64,000 bases of DNA from Lama guanicoe. Taxonomy: Eukaryota. The notes under the pieces were generated by a model that was not told the DNA's origin, searched no databases, and saw nothing but the letters and a program-made list of their open reading frames with translations. Shown one piece after another: positions 24,801-37,269 of this stretch; position 1 is the stretch's first letter, and every line of letters starts with the position of its first letter. Made by a program: the position numbers and the translations under genes. The stretch is taken from NCBI GenBank assembly GCA_013239625.1, contig MU054129.1, positions 251,238 through 315,237 on the forward strand, written 5' to 3'.

Positions 24801-27750
24801 TCAGTGATTTTCTGGATGGACTCGAAGGCCAGCACCCCATTCTCCCAGGCGTTGAGGATTTCCAAAATGGCCACTGAAATGCTGAGACAGGCTTCGTGCC
24901 ACTTCATCTGCACCAGCTTCACCTCCGAGGAGTTGCTGAGCAAAGCCAACAGGGACTCCACTGTGGAGTCAGGCCGGAAGCAGGGGTGGTCAGGTTTCAG
25001 GATTTTGCCCTCCTCAGGCATGCACGTCTGCATCCAAATCTCAAAGAAGAACACCTCTGTTCCTGTGCTCGACTCAGGATGACCTCTGAGCCATAGGTCT
25101 GGGCTACATGGCACCGTATGAGGAAGGAGATGTCAAAGGGCAAGGCTCAAACCAAGGCCACCTTGGTGCTTTCTTCACTGCCGTGTGTAGTGAATTCTTT
25201 CAAATTGATGAATTTCTGGGTGAAGGATTTAAGCTTCCCAGTGGCAGCAGCCACAGCCAGCAACAAGTCCAGGCTCTTCACTGACAGCATGTGGCCCAGG
25301 ACCCCCAGCAGCCTCTCTGGGGACTCAGAGTGGCTGCGTCCATTGTTCTGAGGATGTTGGTGACTGTGGGCTCCACACAGAGGGTCAGCCCAGGGTTGGG
25401 CTACAGGTTGGCATTTTCATCTGATTTCAGCCACGGAGCATGCTCCCGGTCTGCTTTGCACTTGGCCATTACGTTGTTCATACTAGCTTCAGACAGAAGC
25501 CCCTGCTTGCCACATTCCTAGAGCAGGAAGCTTGTACAGTCACAGTGGCAGCGCTGGTCAGCCTTGTCCAGCAAGGGGGGTGAGCTTCAGCAGGAACTCA
25601 AAAGCAGAATTGACATCCTCAGTAAAGTCCTTGTCCCCATGAGAGTATTTCTTCAATTTCACCAAAACCTGTGGAATCTTAAGGAAGGTGAAAACTGTCC
25701 ACTTGAGCTCTCCAGTACCCTCAGGAGACTCGATGAGACCCACGAAGCGGGCTTTCCAGGTCTCCAGGACAAAAGGTGGGGTGGGCATATGCTGCTCTTC
25801 ACCAGCGGCTGTGTCTCACCTGTCAGATTTTTGGTGCCCTCGAGCAGGACCACGGCATGGACGGTGGGGAAGCCAGTCTTGTGCAGCTGCTCCGAGTGCA
25901 CGGACAGCATGATGGGGATGCCCCCTGATAAGCGCGTGCCATGCCGCTCGGCCTGTCTCCGGAGCTGGGGGCTACTGAGACCAGCCAGAATAGCCTCAAG
26001 CTTCAAAAGGCAGTGCTCAGTGGCAGTCCAGAAGGAGGCCTCCTCCAGTTTGGCCATGTGGAGCAGGGCCCGGTTCTTGGTGCTGCTGAGGGTCTTCTCC
26101 AGGCGCTGCAGGCACATGGCAAGCTGCTTCCCAGTAGCAGCAGCGGGAGTGCAGCCCGTCCCAGAGCCGCTCAGCAGAGGCTGCGGGGCGGCGCAGCAGC
26201 CAGTAGAGGGCGCTGAGAAGGGCCCGGCACAGCCGGATGCACTCCTCTGCTTTGTTGTGACAGCTAAGTCAGTCACAAAACATGTCCATGGTGCCCAGCA
26301 AGGCCTGGACACACAGGTCCCGGGAAAAGTCATCAAACTTCCTGATAGCTGTGAGGACAGGGGAGCAGGACACCATCTGGGAACTGATGGCGTACTTCAG
26401 GTCAGACAGGATGAGAGGATCAGGGGAAGGTCCAATCATGGCCTGCTCCAGTAGTGCTTCTGCTAGGTTGAGAATGTCCCAGGTGGCTCCTTTGGGAAAA
26501 AAATTTCTTCATGTTGATTGCCTACTGGTAGTCACTCCATTGCTCCTTCCAAGCTTGCAAAATGGCTTGCTTCGGGTTCACCACATTCATGACTTCACTC
26601 AGGAGAGCAGGCAGGTGGTGGTCAGCTGTGAGGCAGAAGAAATCGAGCTAGAGAAGGGGAGAGGAGATTCTGAGGAAAAGAACGGGGTACTGTGAGGGGG
26701 GAGTGAGTAGTTATGTGGAATGGAGAAGACACAGGAAGATGCAAAGGAGGCAGAACTAGAAAGGGAAAAAAGAGGGAAGGGGGCAAAGTAGGGATCCTGT
26801 CAGGTTCTTCCCTCCTAAACCATCCTTGGAACTGGAGTGCTAAGAAGGTGTCAGAGGGGCTTAATACAAAGATGAATGGAAAGCAAGGAGTTAAGCTGAT
26901 TCCAGTTCCCTAACTATGCTCTTAGCTTTCGCTGCGTCCCTCAGCGGCTACCACCCAAATCCAGATTTCCCCCCTCATTTCCTCCACCTTCCCCAACCCT
27001 GAAATTCCCTATTTGATTCCATATAAATCTTAAGATTGTTGTTCCAGTTCAGTAAAAACTGTCCTGGGTAGTTTGACAGGAATTGCATTAAATCTGTAGA
27101 TTGCCTTGGGCAGAATGACCACTTTAATGATATTGATTCTTCCAATCCAAGAGCATGGGTTGTCTTTCCATTTTTTTAAGTCTTCTTTAATTTTCTTAAT
27201 CAAAGTTTTGTAGTTCTCCACCTGTAAGTCTTTCATCTCCTTTGTCAGGTTTATTCCTAAGTGTTTTATTGTTTTGGATGCAATTTTAAAAGGGGTTGTT
27301 TCTTTACTTTCTTTTCCTCTTGATTCATTGTTAGTGTAAAGAAATTCAACTGATTTGTGTATGTTAATCTTGTGTCCTGCTACCCTGCCAAATTCTTTTA
27401 TTAGCTCTAGAGTTTTTTTTTTGTTTGTTTAAGGTACTTTTCAGGTTTTCTATATATAGTATGTCATCCATATATAATGACAATTTTACTGCTTCTTTTT
27501 CAACTTGGATCCCTTTTATTTCTTTTTCTTGCCTGATTGCTGTGGCTAGGACTTCCAAGACTGTTGAATAGAAGTGGTGAGAGTGGACAATGTTATCTTT
27601 CCCAGATTTTAGTGGGAAGGTTTTCAGCTTTTCACTGTTGAGTACTATGCTGGCTGTAGGTTTGTCATAAATAGCTTGTCATAAATGGATGTTGGATTTT
27701 ATCAAATGCTTTTTCTACATCTATTGAGATGATCATGTGTTTTTTGCTCT
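21825..27750 (-). mobile_element. L1 3' portion split by the MED24 retrocopy (21825-23331 and 27014-27750)
   Basis: L1 3' UTR and ORF2 sequence continuous across the insert; ORF 27030..27236 [27 protein letters not shown]. Confidence 0.9.
23332..27013 (-). pseudogene. MED24: Processed MED24 pseudogene (CDS 26590-23674) with frameshifts and stops
   Basis: ATG at 26590: MNVVNPKQAILQAWKEQWSDYQ*AINMKKFFPKG; KWHEACLSISVAILEILNAWENGVL; C-terminus LSLPLGHQVAAKAIASL*; no introns in CDS; 15-bp TSD TGATTCCATATAAAT at 23317-23331 and 27014-27028. Confidence 0.95.
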
Positions 27751-28249
27751 GATCATGGTCTCTACCATTCTTTCCTAGGATAGCAGGCAATTCACACCAT
27801 GTCTTCTCTCCTTCTGTGGATTCAGAGCTTCTCCCAAACCTGGATGCTCCTCAATCAATGCCCAGTCTGCTCTTTGCACAGTAAATCTAATTGAGTTATG
27901 CCCTATTGTTGATGTTCTCCTAAAAGTAGAATTAAATCCTGGAAAAGAATCAGGGTTAACTTGAAGCAAAAGCACTGGTTTAGTTTTTGCAAGGTTTGCA
28001 GACCAGGAATACACAGCCTTTACCTATAACTAAAAGTATGTTCCTAGGTGGTTGAGAGGTTGAAGGATTTTTAAAAGCAAACCCCGGAGAATATACAGTT
28101 GGGAGACTTCTAAGGGGAATGGAAGGCCCTTGCAGACTGGCTACATGTTCTTGCAGATGGACCTCAAGTATTCCATGATTCCTCTAATGTTTTGAAATTC
28201 CCTCGGGTGGATCACATCCAAGACACTGCTTTTAACTCGGTGACCTCCC

Positions 28250-29977
28250 TTAGTTTTAATTTGCAAAATTTTAATTTAATGTAAAAAAACAATGATAATC
28301 ACTCTCCTTATGTATTATAAAGACAGACCCAGCAGGCCACAAGTAATAAACTATCTCTGACAAGAATAATCAGGATGTGTATATTCATAGACACATAAGG
28401 AACACTGGGAGCCCCAGCACTGAAGGTTAGGGGAGTCGGGAGAGACTGGCTAATACTGACAGCAATGCCCTTTGCTCCAGCTCTGGAGCTGTCACAGGCA
28501 GGAGACATGTAGCTGGCTCTAGGTCTCCAGGTGTTTCCACAGCGGGTTCTGGAGCTGGTGCTGTACCTCCAAGAAGGGAAACTATCATCCATCTGACTGC
28601 GTTTCCACATGTCTCCCAAAGACAGGAAAGTCCTCACTGACAGTCAGTGATGTCTGTCTCAAATCCCACCCCCAGGGGGTGTTCTCAGGCTGCAGTCCAG
28701 GGGATCTAAGCCTCCTATTGCTCCTGGCCCTGTCCCAGCCTCAGGAGGCTCTGCTCTGTCTGGTCCAGGGCCTTCCCCTTCCCACTCACCCCATCACCCA
28801 CCCTGCATCCTCCTCACGGTCACCCTCTTCCTCTAGGCTCCAGGCACTCCAGCTGTGCCAGGAGAAATTGGGCCTGGTGCCCCAGGTCCGGGCTAAGCAT
28901 GCTGAGCTCTATGTAAGCCCGTAGCATCTTCAGGAAGAGGAGTCCTGGGGGCTGGTGGAAATCCTCTGGGCACTGGTGCATCCAGGTGTCCAGGATGGAG
29001 GATTTGGCCCTGTAGGTAGCCATGGGGGCTGCAAAGTCAGAGGCCTGGCCTTGCCTTCCACACTGCACTCCCAGGGACATGGGCATTTTTGCCTCTGGCT
29101 CCTGCTATCCAGAGGCCGGTTCTACTCAGTGTCCCGTCTAACATGGCAGTCTTGCCAGAGGCAGGCCTGAGCATAGATGAGGGGTTTCTACAAGACTTTG
29201 GAAGTGACAGCCCTTGATCAGTGGTGTGACAACCTCTCTACATCTTCAGGGATCCCTGACACACTGCTCTGTCCCTCTCTGTGCCCCTCCCCACCGGACA
29301 TCTCTTCTGTGAGGACAGGCAGGCTGTCTGCTCTGGACACTACTCTTGGGAAGACAGGAATGCTCTATGAGCATCTGACTCCAGAGGGGAAAAAGCAGGC
29401 TGTGTCTCCCACCAAGACTTCCCATGGACCCCCTCACAACTCAGATTTCAGCTCGTGTACCTAGCTGCTGTCTAACCCTTCAGGGCCCCTGCCTGGGTCT
29501 CCTCCTGCGCCTGCCACTCACCTCCCACACAGCAGGCTGAGCCGTCCCCTCAGACTCACTGGGTCCCCTGAGCACCAGCTGAGTCCCCACCATTGAGGCT
29601 CCACCAGATGGAGAGCAGGATGCTTTCCACCTCTTGTGTTCTGGGTCCCAGGGAGGGGATGGAGGCAGGGCTGAGACAGAGGGAATGGCTGTGGGTTCTC
29701 CAAGGGGATGACTCTGTCCTCTGACATCCTGAATGCTCCTCCCAGCACCAAAGCCTTGCCCACAGCTCTCTGGCCCTCCTTTCTTCTTTGGCAGGCTAAG
29801 CCCTAAGACTTCTGCTCTCAAGCCAGAATCGTAAGTTGTGTGGGATCCATGGTTCTGCCTGCTCCTGCACATTGACTAAGCCCCAGCTCCATGCTGTTTT
29901 TGAAGCAGGAAACTCACTGTTTCAGCAGGTCCAGTGGTCCACTGTACTCATCACAGTAAGGGAGGGCACATCGCTAC
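28250..29977 (-). pseudogene. RALGDS: RALGDS-like gene fragment, copy A (exons 29977-29918, 29009-28818, terminal exon from 28560)
   Basis: REM-domain exon AKSSILDTWMHQCPEDFHQPPGLLFLKMLRAYIELSMLSPDLGHQAQFLLAQLE; 60-nt exon *RCALPYCDEYSGPLDLLK with mutated acceptor; introns present; probably a RALGDS-like family paralog, not RALGDS itself. Confidence 0.82.
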
Positions 29978-30294
29978 GTAGAGGAGAGCAGGATGCCATC
30001 ACACGGGCTGTACCAAGAACACTACCTGGATGTGATGCCTAGTGTGACAGTGCAACTCCCTGCAGAATGGAAGCCCTGAAGGCAGACCTGGTGTCTTCTT
30101 AATGCGTTAAATGATGGTTTTTCCTAAAAAATCACCTGTCCCTAGTGGCCCTTCCTACATATTTGAAAAATGAGCCCAGCCAGCCCCATCACACAGGTCT
30201 GAGTGGATCTGGGGCCACACTGCTCCCCCCCAAGGACCCCTGCTCTCACTCTCCTAGGACAGGGACACCTAATCCAATCACAAATCCCTTTTCA

Positions 30295-33200
30295 ACTGTA
30301 AAGATGGATCTTCTTCTCAGGTGAGCATGAATCCAGCCACTCTCTGCTGAATAAACCCATATCCCATCACAAGGAGCACAGCAATCCTGCAGGACTTGTC
30401 CCTTTTCTCTCAAGATGAAGACATCTGCCTTGTGGAAAGTAGTCCCAATTACTGCAAGGCAAATGTCCTTTTAAGTCCATGAAGAAATCCATCCAATGCC
30501 AGATTCCTACTTCACACCAGAGGCTAACTGCTTTTCTCTCCATAAATAGGTTCCTTTCTCTGGCAAAGTGGGCTCAGCGACTGTCCAGTGATTATACAGG
30601 GATTCTCTTCCAAGCAGGTTTGAAAAATTCCTGGGGTTTGCACCATTCCCCATGAGACTGAGCATGGTGTTCTGGCAAGATAATTCGTACTTACTGCAAG
30701 TCAAAATTACTCCTAACTCTGGTGAAGGAACCCATCCATCTTTACACTGTGTCTTATGGTACCCTTGAGAGTTACTCCTTTTCTCAACATATGCAGATTC
30801 CCTCCTAAGAAGCATAGAAACCCAGGCACTCTAGAGCAATTTTTTTATCTTATCATAATTAGTATGGTAAATATGAGATAATCCCTCTTATGGAGTTACA
30901 AATCTCATCGCACTTGGGAGAGTAATCCCCATTATTGGAAGCCAGATCAGTTTTTAACAAGGGTGAAGAAATTATCGATTATCATCATGAGATTATTTCC
31001 ATTTGCAGTCCTGACTGTACTCCCTCTTTACTGTAAATATGGGTTCCCTCATCGGTTGAGAAGTAGCCAGGCACTCTCAGGTGATCACCCATAACCTTCT
31101 CCAGGTGGTGCCAAATCTTAGGAGATTTTCCCCTTTGTCATGAGATTTAGCCCACTACTCTGGGGAAAAGAATTCTCATTGTTGCAAATAAAATCTATTC
31201 CCCCCTGAAGGGAAGAAATCATCCCATAGCCAGATTCAGTCCTTCATCACTCCAGAGTGTAAATCTGTTTCCTCTGTAAGGATAGGTTCTTTTTTTTTCT
31301 CTCAAGTGAGCATGAATCCAGCCACTGCCTGCTGAATATACCCATATCCTCTCACAAGGGACTCAGCAATCTCTCCTGTCTCTCAGGGGAGTAATCCCTG
31401 TTATTAGAAGCCAAATGTGTTTTTAACAGATAAAGGAATCATCACGGCTAACTATACCCTTTTGCAGTCTTGAGAACAGATCACTTTTAGTGTAAACGTG
31501 GGCTCCCTTCTCAAGCTAGCTGTCGCCCAGGCACTCTCAGGTGGTCAATAATAACCCTCTCCAGGTGAAGACAAATCTAATGAGGTTTGCCATTTTCTCA
31601 TGGGATATAGCCTGTTCTTCTGGGGAAAGTAATTCACCTTATTGAAAATCAAAACTAATCATTCCCAAAAGGAAGAAATCACTCCATCGACAGATTCTGC
31701 CTTTCATCACACCTGAGACTAACTCCTTTCCTCTGTAAGGATGGATTTTCTTCTCAGGGGAGTGTGAGTCCAGCCTCTCTTGGCTGCATTAACCCATGTC
31801 CTCTCACAAGGGGCCCAGCAACCTTGTGAGGTTTGTCCCTTCTCTTGGGAATTAACTTGCCAGGACACCAGGCTTGGTCTCACAGGGAATGTTTCAAATC
31901 CCACGTGGTTTTCAAATCTGCTTGGAAGAGAAACCCTGGATAACCACTGGGCAGAGGCTAAGCCACACTTTGCCAGATAAAGAAGCTCATATATGAGGAG
32001 AAAAGAAGTTAGTCTCTGGTATGAAGTAGGAAAGATTCTGGTGATGGAAAAATTTCTTCACAGACTTAAGAGGAAATGTGCCCCAGAATAATTGTAATTA
32101 TGCTCCCCAGAGAAGGGTGCTGAGTCTCATGAGGAAAGGTACAAGTCCTGCAGTTCTGCTGAGCCCCTTGTGAGTGGATATGGGCTTTTTCAGCTAAGAG
32201 ACACTGAATTCATGCTCACCTGGGAAGAAAACTCATCCTTACAGAGAAAAGGACTTAGTCTCAGGAGTGATGAAGGACAGAATCTGGCGAAAGAGTCATT
32301 TTTTTCCTTCAAGGAATAGATTTGATTTCCAATAAGGATTACTGTTCCCAGAGGAGGGGGGTGAAGCCCTTGAGTAATGGACAGAACATGTGAGACCTGG
32401 CTCCACCTGGAGGTGACTAGGGGCGATTACCTAAGAATGTCTGGGCTACAGTTTTCCAGAGAAGGGACCCATATTTACTGTTTTATTCTTGGTATTTATT
32501 CTTAGGACTGAGGAAAAAAAAAAAAACAATCTAGTGTTGATTTTTCAGCTCTGTTAAAAATAGACTCAACTTCCCATAATGGTGATTACTCTCCCAAGAG
32601 CAATGATTTTGTGTCTTCAGAAATTTAAAAACTCCATGAGATTTGTGATCCTAATTGTGATATGACAAAAAATATTAATAATCCCCACAGAGTGCCCGGG
32701 TTTCTGCTCTTCTTAGAAGGGAATCTGTATATGTTGAGAAAAAAAAAAACTGTCCTGGGTAAAGTAAAACCTAATGTAAAGATGGATGGATTACTTCCAT
32801 GGAGTTAGAAATCATTTTGCTTGCAATAATTAGGAATTCTCTTGCCAGAACACCAGTCTTTGTCTCATGGTGAATGGTTCAAATCCCATAAGACTTTCAA
32901 ACCCACTTGGAAGAGAATCCCTGAGTGATCACTCGACAGTGACAGTGGCAATCACATGTTGCAAATAAAGAAACTCTACATGCGGAGAAAAGGAGTTAGT
33001 CTCCAGTGTGAATTAGAGAAGAATCTGGTGAGGGATGGATTTCTTCACATACTTAAGAACTTTATTTTGCAGTAATTGGGATTTCTTTTGCCAGAGCACT
33101 GGTGTTAGTCTTGCAAGAAAAGGGACAAATCTTGTGAGACTGCTGAGCCCCTTGTGAGATGATATGGTTTTATTTGGCTGAGAGAGGCTGGATTCACACT

Positions 33201-33475
33201 CACCTGAGAAGAAAATCCATCCTTACAGAGGAAAGGAGTTAATCTCAGGAGTGATGAAGGACAGAATCTGGTGATGGAATGATTTCTTCCCTTCAAGGAA
33301 AAATAATTTGACTTTTAATAATGAGAATTACTTTCCCCAGGGAAGTGGGCTGACTCTTGTGAGAAAAGGGCAAATCTCAGGAGATTTGGCTCCATCTGGA
33401 GAGGTCTAGGGCTCATTACTTAAGAGTATCTTGGGCTACTGCTTGCCTGAGTAGGGAACCCATATTTACAGTTAA
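30295..33475. repeat. ~245-bp degenerate tandem repeat, ~7 units forward and ~7 reverse, ~980-bp higher-order period
   Basis: Unit anchors at ~30301, 30542, 30788, 31035, 31278, 31494, 31737 (+) and ~31990, 32240, 32475, 32730, 32975, 33220, 33462 (-); polarity switch near 31850. Confidence 0.8.
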
Positions 33476-33788
33476 AAAAGTATTTGTGATTCCATTTGGT
33501 GTCCCTGTCCTAGGAGAGTGAGAGCAGGGGTTCCTGGGAGGGAGAAGTGTGGTCCCAGAAGCCCACTCTGACCTGTGTGATAGGGCTGGTTGAGCTCATT
33601 CCACACTGATACAGGAAGGGCAAATAGGACAGGTGCTTTTCTAGGGAAAACCATCATTTACTGCATTGAGCAGACACCAAGTCTGCTCTCCAGGGCTTCC
33701 ATTCTACCGGGAGTCACACTGTCACAATAGACATCACGTCCATGTAGCCCTCTGTACAAACATGAGACAGCTTCCTGGTCTTCTCTAG

Positions 33789-35530
33789 ATACAGATGCAT
33801 CCGCTCTTACTGTGATGAGTAAGCAGACCCCAGGACCAGCTGAAACAGTGAGTTTCTTTGATTGAAGAAGGAGGAACTCCCTGCCCCCAAAACACTGTGG
33901 AGCTGTGAGCTCTGTGAATGGGCAGGTGCAGGCAGAACCCTGGATCCCACACATCTTACGATTCTGGATTGAGAGCAGAAGACTTATGGCTTCTCCTGCC
34001 AAAGAGGAAAGGAGAACTGGAGAGCTGTGGACAAGGCTTTGGTGTTGTGAGGATCATCTGGGAAGTCAGAGAAGAGTCAGCACCCAGGAAACCCATAGCC
34101 ATTCCCTCCTGATCTCAGCCCTGCCTCCATCCCCTTCCTGGGACCCAGAACACAAGGGATAGAGAGCAGCCTGCTCAGCCTCTGGTGAAGCCTCGATGGT
34201 GGGGCTCAGCTGGTGCACAGGGGACCGAGTAAGCCTCAGGGGACATCTCAGGTGAGTGGTGGGGGCAGGAGTCAACCCACGCAGGACCCCTGGAATATCA
34301 GACAGCAGGTAGGTGCAGGAGCTAAAGTCTGAGATGTGAGGAGGCCCACCGGAAGCCTGGGTGGGAGACTCAGCCTGTTCTTTCTCTCTTGGGTCAGATG
34401 CTCACAGAGCAGCTCCTGTCTTCCTGAGAGAGTAATGCCCAGAGCAGGCAGCCTACCTGAACTCACAGCGAGGACATTCGGTGGGAAGGGGCAGTGAGAG
34501 GGACAGAGCAGTGTGTCAGAGCAGTGCCCTTGAAGATGTGGAGAGGTTGTCACACCACTGATCAAGGGCTGTCACTTCCAAAGGCTTGACACAGTCCTAC
34601 CTCTGGGTCCAAGCCTGCCTCTGCCAAGACTGCCAGTTTAGATGAGACATGGATTAGAACTGGCCTCTGAATGACAGGAGCCAAAGGCAAAGAATCCCAT
34701 GTCCCCACAGGGCTGCCCTGGGAGTGCAGTGTGGAAGGCAAGGCCAGGCCTCTGAATCTGCTGCCCCCTGACAACCAGCAGGGCCATGTCCTCCATCCAA
34801 GGTCCCTGGCTACACCAGTATGCAGAAGATTTCCACCAGCCCCCAGAATTTCCTTGCCTGAAGAAGCTACTGGCTTACATAGAGCTCAGCATGCCTGGCT
34901 CAGACCTGGAACACCAGGCCCAGCTTCTCCTGGCACAGCTGGAGCACCTGGGGTCTAGAGGCAGCAGGTGGCTGTGAGGAGGATGCAGGGTGGGTGATGG
35001 GGTGAGCGGGAAGGGGAAGGCCCTGGACCAGACACAACAGAGCCTCCTGAGGCTGGGACAGGGCCAGGAGCAATGAGGAGGCTTAGATCACTGTTCCTCT
35101 GGACTGCAGCCTGGAAAAATGACCTGGGGGTGGGATGTGGGACTGAGACATCTCTGACTGTCAGTGAGAACTTTCCTGTCTTTGGGAGAGATGTGGAAGT
35201 ACAGCTGTATTGATGATAGTTTGCCTTCATGGAAGTACAGCACCAGCTCCGGAACCCGCTGTGGATACGTCTGAAGACCTAGAGCCAGCTACATGTCTCC
35301 TGCCTGTGACACCTCCAGAGCCAGAGCAAAGGGCACTGCCATCAGTATTAGCCAGTCTCTCCTGACTCCCCTCACCTGCAGTGCTGGGGCTTCCAGTGTT
35401 CCTTATGTGTCTATGACTATTCAGTTCCTGATTATTCTTATCAGTCATTACTTATTATGTGCCTATTGTGTCTGCCTGAGTAATATATGAGATTGATTAT
35501 CATTGTTTTTTTGCATCAAATAAAATTTTT
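33789..35530 (+). pseudogene. RALGDS: RALGDS-like gene fragment, copy B (exons 33789-33847, 34782-34973, terminal exon from 35241)
   Basis: YRCIRSYCDE*...PQDQLK; AMSSIQGPWLHQYAEDFHQPPEFPCLKKLLAYIELSMPGSDLEHQAQLLLAQLEH; Pro-rich PAPEPAVDTSEDLEPAT...* (TGA 35363-35365); AATAAA 35519-35524; AG/GT sites; probably a RALGDS-like family paralog. Confidence 0.85.
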
Positions 35531-36644
35531 TCAAATGAAAAATAAGGCAGGTCACCTGTTAAAGCAAGTGCCCTGGATGTGATCAATTGAGCTCATGTGC
35601 GCAGAAAGAGACTTAGATGAGGATCTACAGGCATCTCAGAGCCCCATGCCAGGGTCCTGGGGAGTGATCACAGGCCCTACCACCCCTCAGACTCCACCGC
35701 AGTGACTCATTACAGACCTAGTTCTTAGAAAACCACAAGCCAAAATTCTAAGTAGACTTCTGAATCTGCTAAAGGTCCCACTTGGTAAAGCCACTGAGGA
35801 GATGCCCTGATGTCAGCCAATCACCCCATATATATGATGTATATATGTATATATACCTATATATATTTATAAAAGCATATGTGTATCTTTATATATATGC
35901 ACACACATATGTTTTTCTTCTTCAATCTCATGTGGAAGCTAAAGTCTACTAAAAGTCACAAATATAAGGTGAGCCACTGAGTGGAAGTCGTCCCTTGTGA
36001 CACCTAGATATGTGAAATTCTGTGTCCAACCCTTATCTATGTCCACTTCTCTTTCTTCCCCTCTCCCCTCAACCATCTAAATTTAAGAAAAATACTTTGA
36101 CAATCAGTGTAAAGGAGCAGAGATATTTTAAAACATGTTGCCTTCTGCTTGTGCAGTGTAGATCTTTGAGTAGCAAGTGATCCGCTCACAAGACAGTGGG
36201 GTTACCCCTGAATACCTAGGAGACAGTGGAATGTGGGCAGTAGGTCTCAGTGGCAGTCACTCAAAGGGAAATTCTCCTACTCAGCACAGCCAGGGTGGGG
36301 TCCACAATGTCTCCCTTGCCCAGCCCTGAGTCTGCTTTGCCCTGGGGAACTTTGCTAAGATCCTGTGTATCCTGAAGGAGTATCAGGTTCAGAAAAATGA
36401 ATAATGATTTTAAGAATTGTAAGAAGGGGATAGGTCATGATTTTAATTATCTGGTACTCTGTCTACAACAGCCTTCTCTGTATTTTATTATAACTGAGGC
36501 TCAGCCACCTGGAAACAGAGCCTATGCTTTGGTTTCCAGTGTGTTACAGGTCTCCAGCCCAGCACTTGGCCAAGAAGACATGCCAGTATTGCTGAGTGAA
36601 TACCTTTGGGAGGCAAGATGTGACAGGCTTGAGAATGTATTTGA

Positions 36645-37265
36645 AATTTGTCTCTTTACCAGTAAGCTTTTTTGTTTGCTTGTTTTTAGTTGTGGCCTTT
36701 CCTTCTTGGCTTAGAGAAGTTCCTTTAGCATTTGTTGTAAAGCTGGTTTGGTGGTGCTTGATTCTTTTATCTTTTGCTTGTCTGCAAAGCTTTTGATTTC
36801 TCCAACAAATCTGAACAAGAGCATTGCTGGATATAATATTCTTAGTTGTAGTTTTTCTTTCATCACTTTAAATATATCATGCCACTCCCTTCTGGCCTGC
36901 AGGGTTTCTGCTGAAAAAGCAGCTGATAACCTATGGAGTTCCCTTGTATGCTATTTGTTGTTTTTCCCTTGACGCTTTTAATATTCTCTGTTTATCTTTA
37001 ATTTTTGAAATTTTAAGCATAATATGTCTTGGTGGGCTCCTCTGTGGGGTAATCCTGTGTGGGACTCTCTGCACTCCCGGGATGGGTGACTGTTTCCTTC
37101 CCCACATTAGGGGAGTTTTCAGCTATTATCTCTTCAGATATTTTCTTGGGCCTTTTCTCTGTCTCTTCCCCTTCTGGAACCCTTATAATGTGAATGTTGT
37201 GTGCTTTATATTGTCCCAGAGGTGTCTCACTTTTTCTTCTAGCTCACTGATTTCTTACCATATTT
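36645..37265 (-). mobile_element. L1 ORF1/inter-ORF fragment
   Basis: tcatgccactcccttctggcctgcagggtttctgctgaaaaa is typical antisense L1 ORF1 sequence. Confidence 0.85.
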
Positions 37266-37269
37266 CTTA

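Larger units (their letters stand above)
28210..35585. repeat. Imperfect palindrome (inverted duplication), ~7.4 kb
   Basis: 28210-30300 is the reverse complement of ~33470-35585 (roughly 80-85% identity by eye); central repeat array also inverted. Confidence 0.9.

Noticed and set aside
24167..25114. 315-aa ORF as a functional gene
   Set aside because: Internal fragment of the MED24 pseudogene, which has an early stop at codon 23 and several frameshifts.
30295..33475. CRISPR-like or coding repeat array
   Set aside because: Mammalian DNA with degenerate head-to-tail monomers, no unique spacers and no long ORF.
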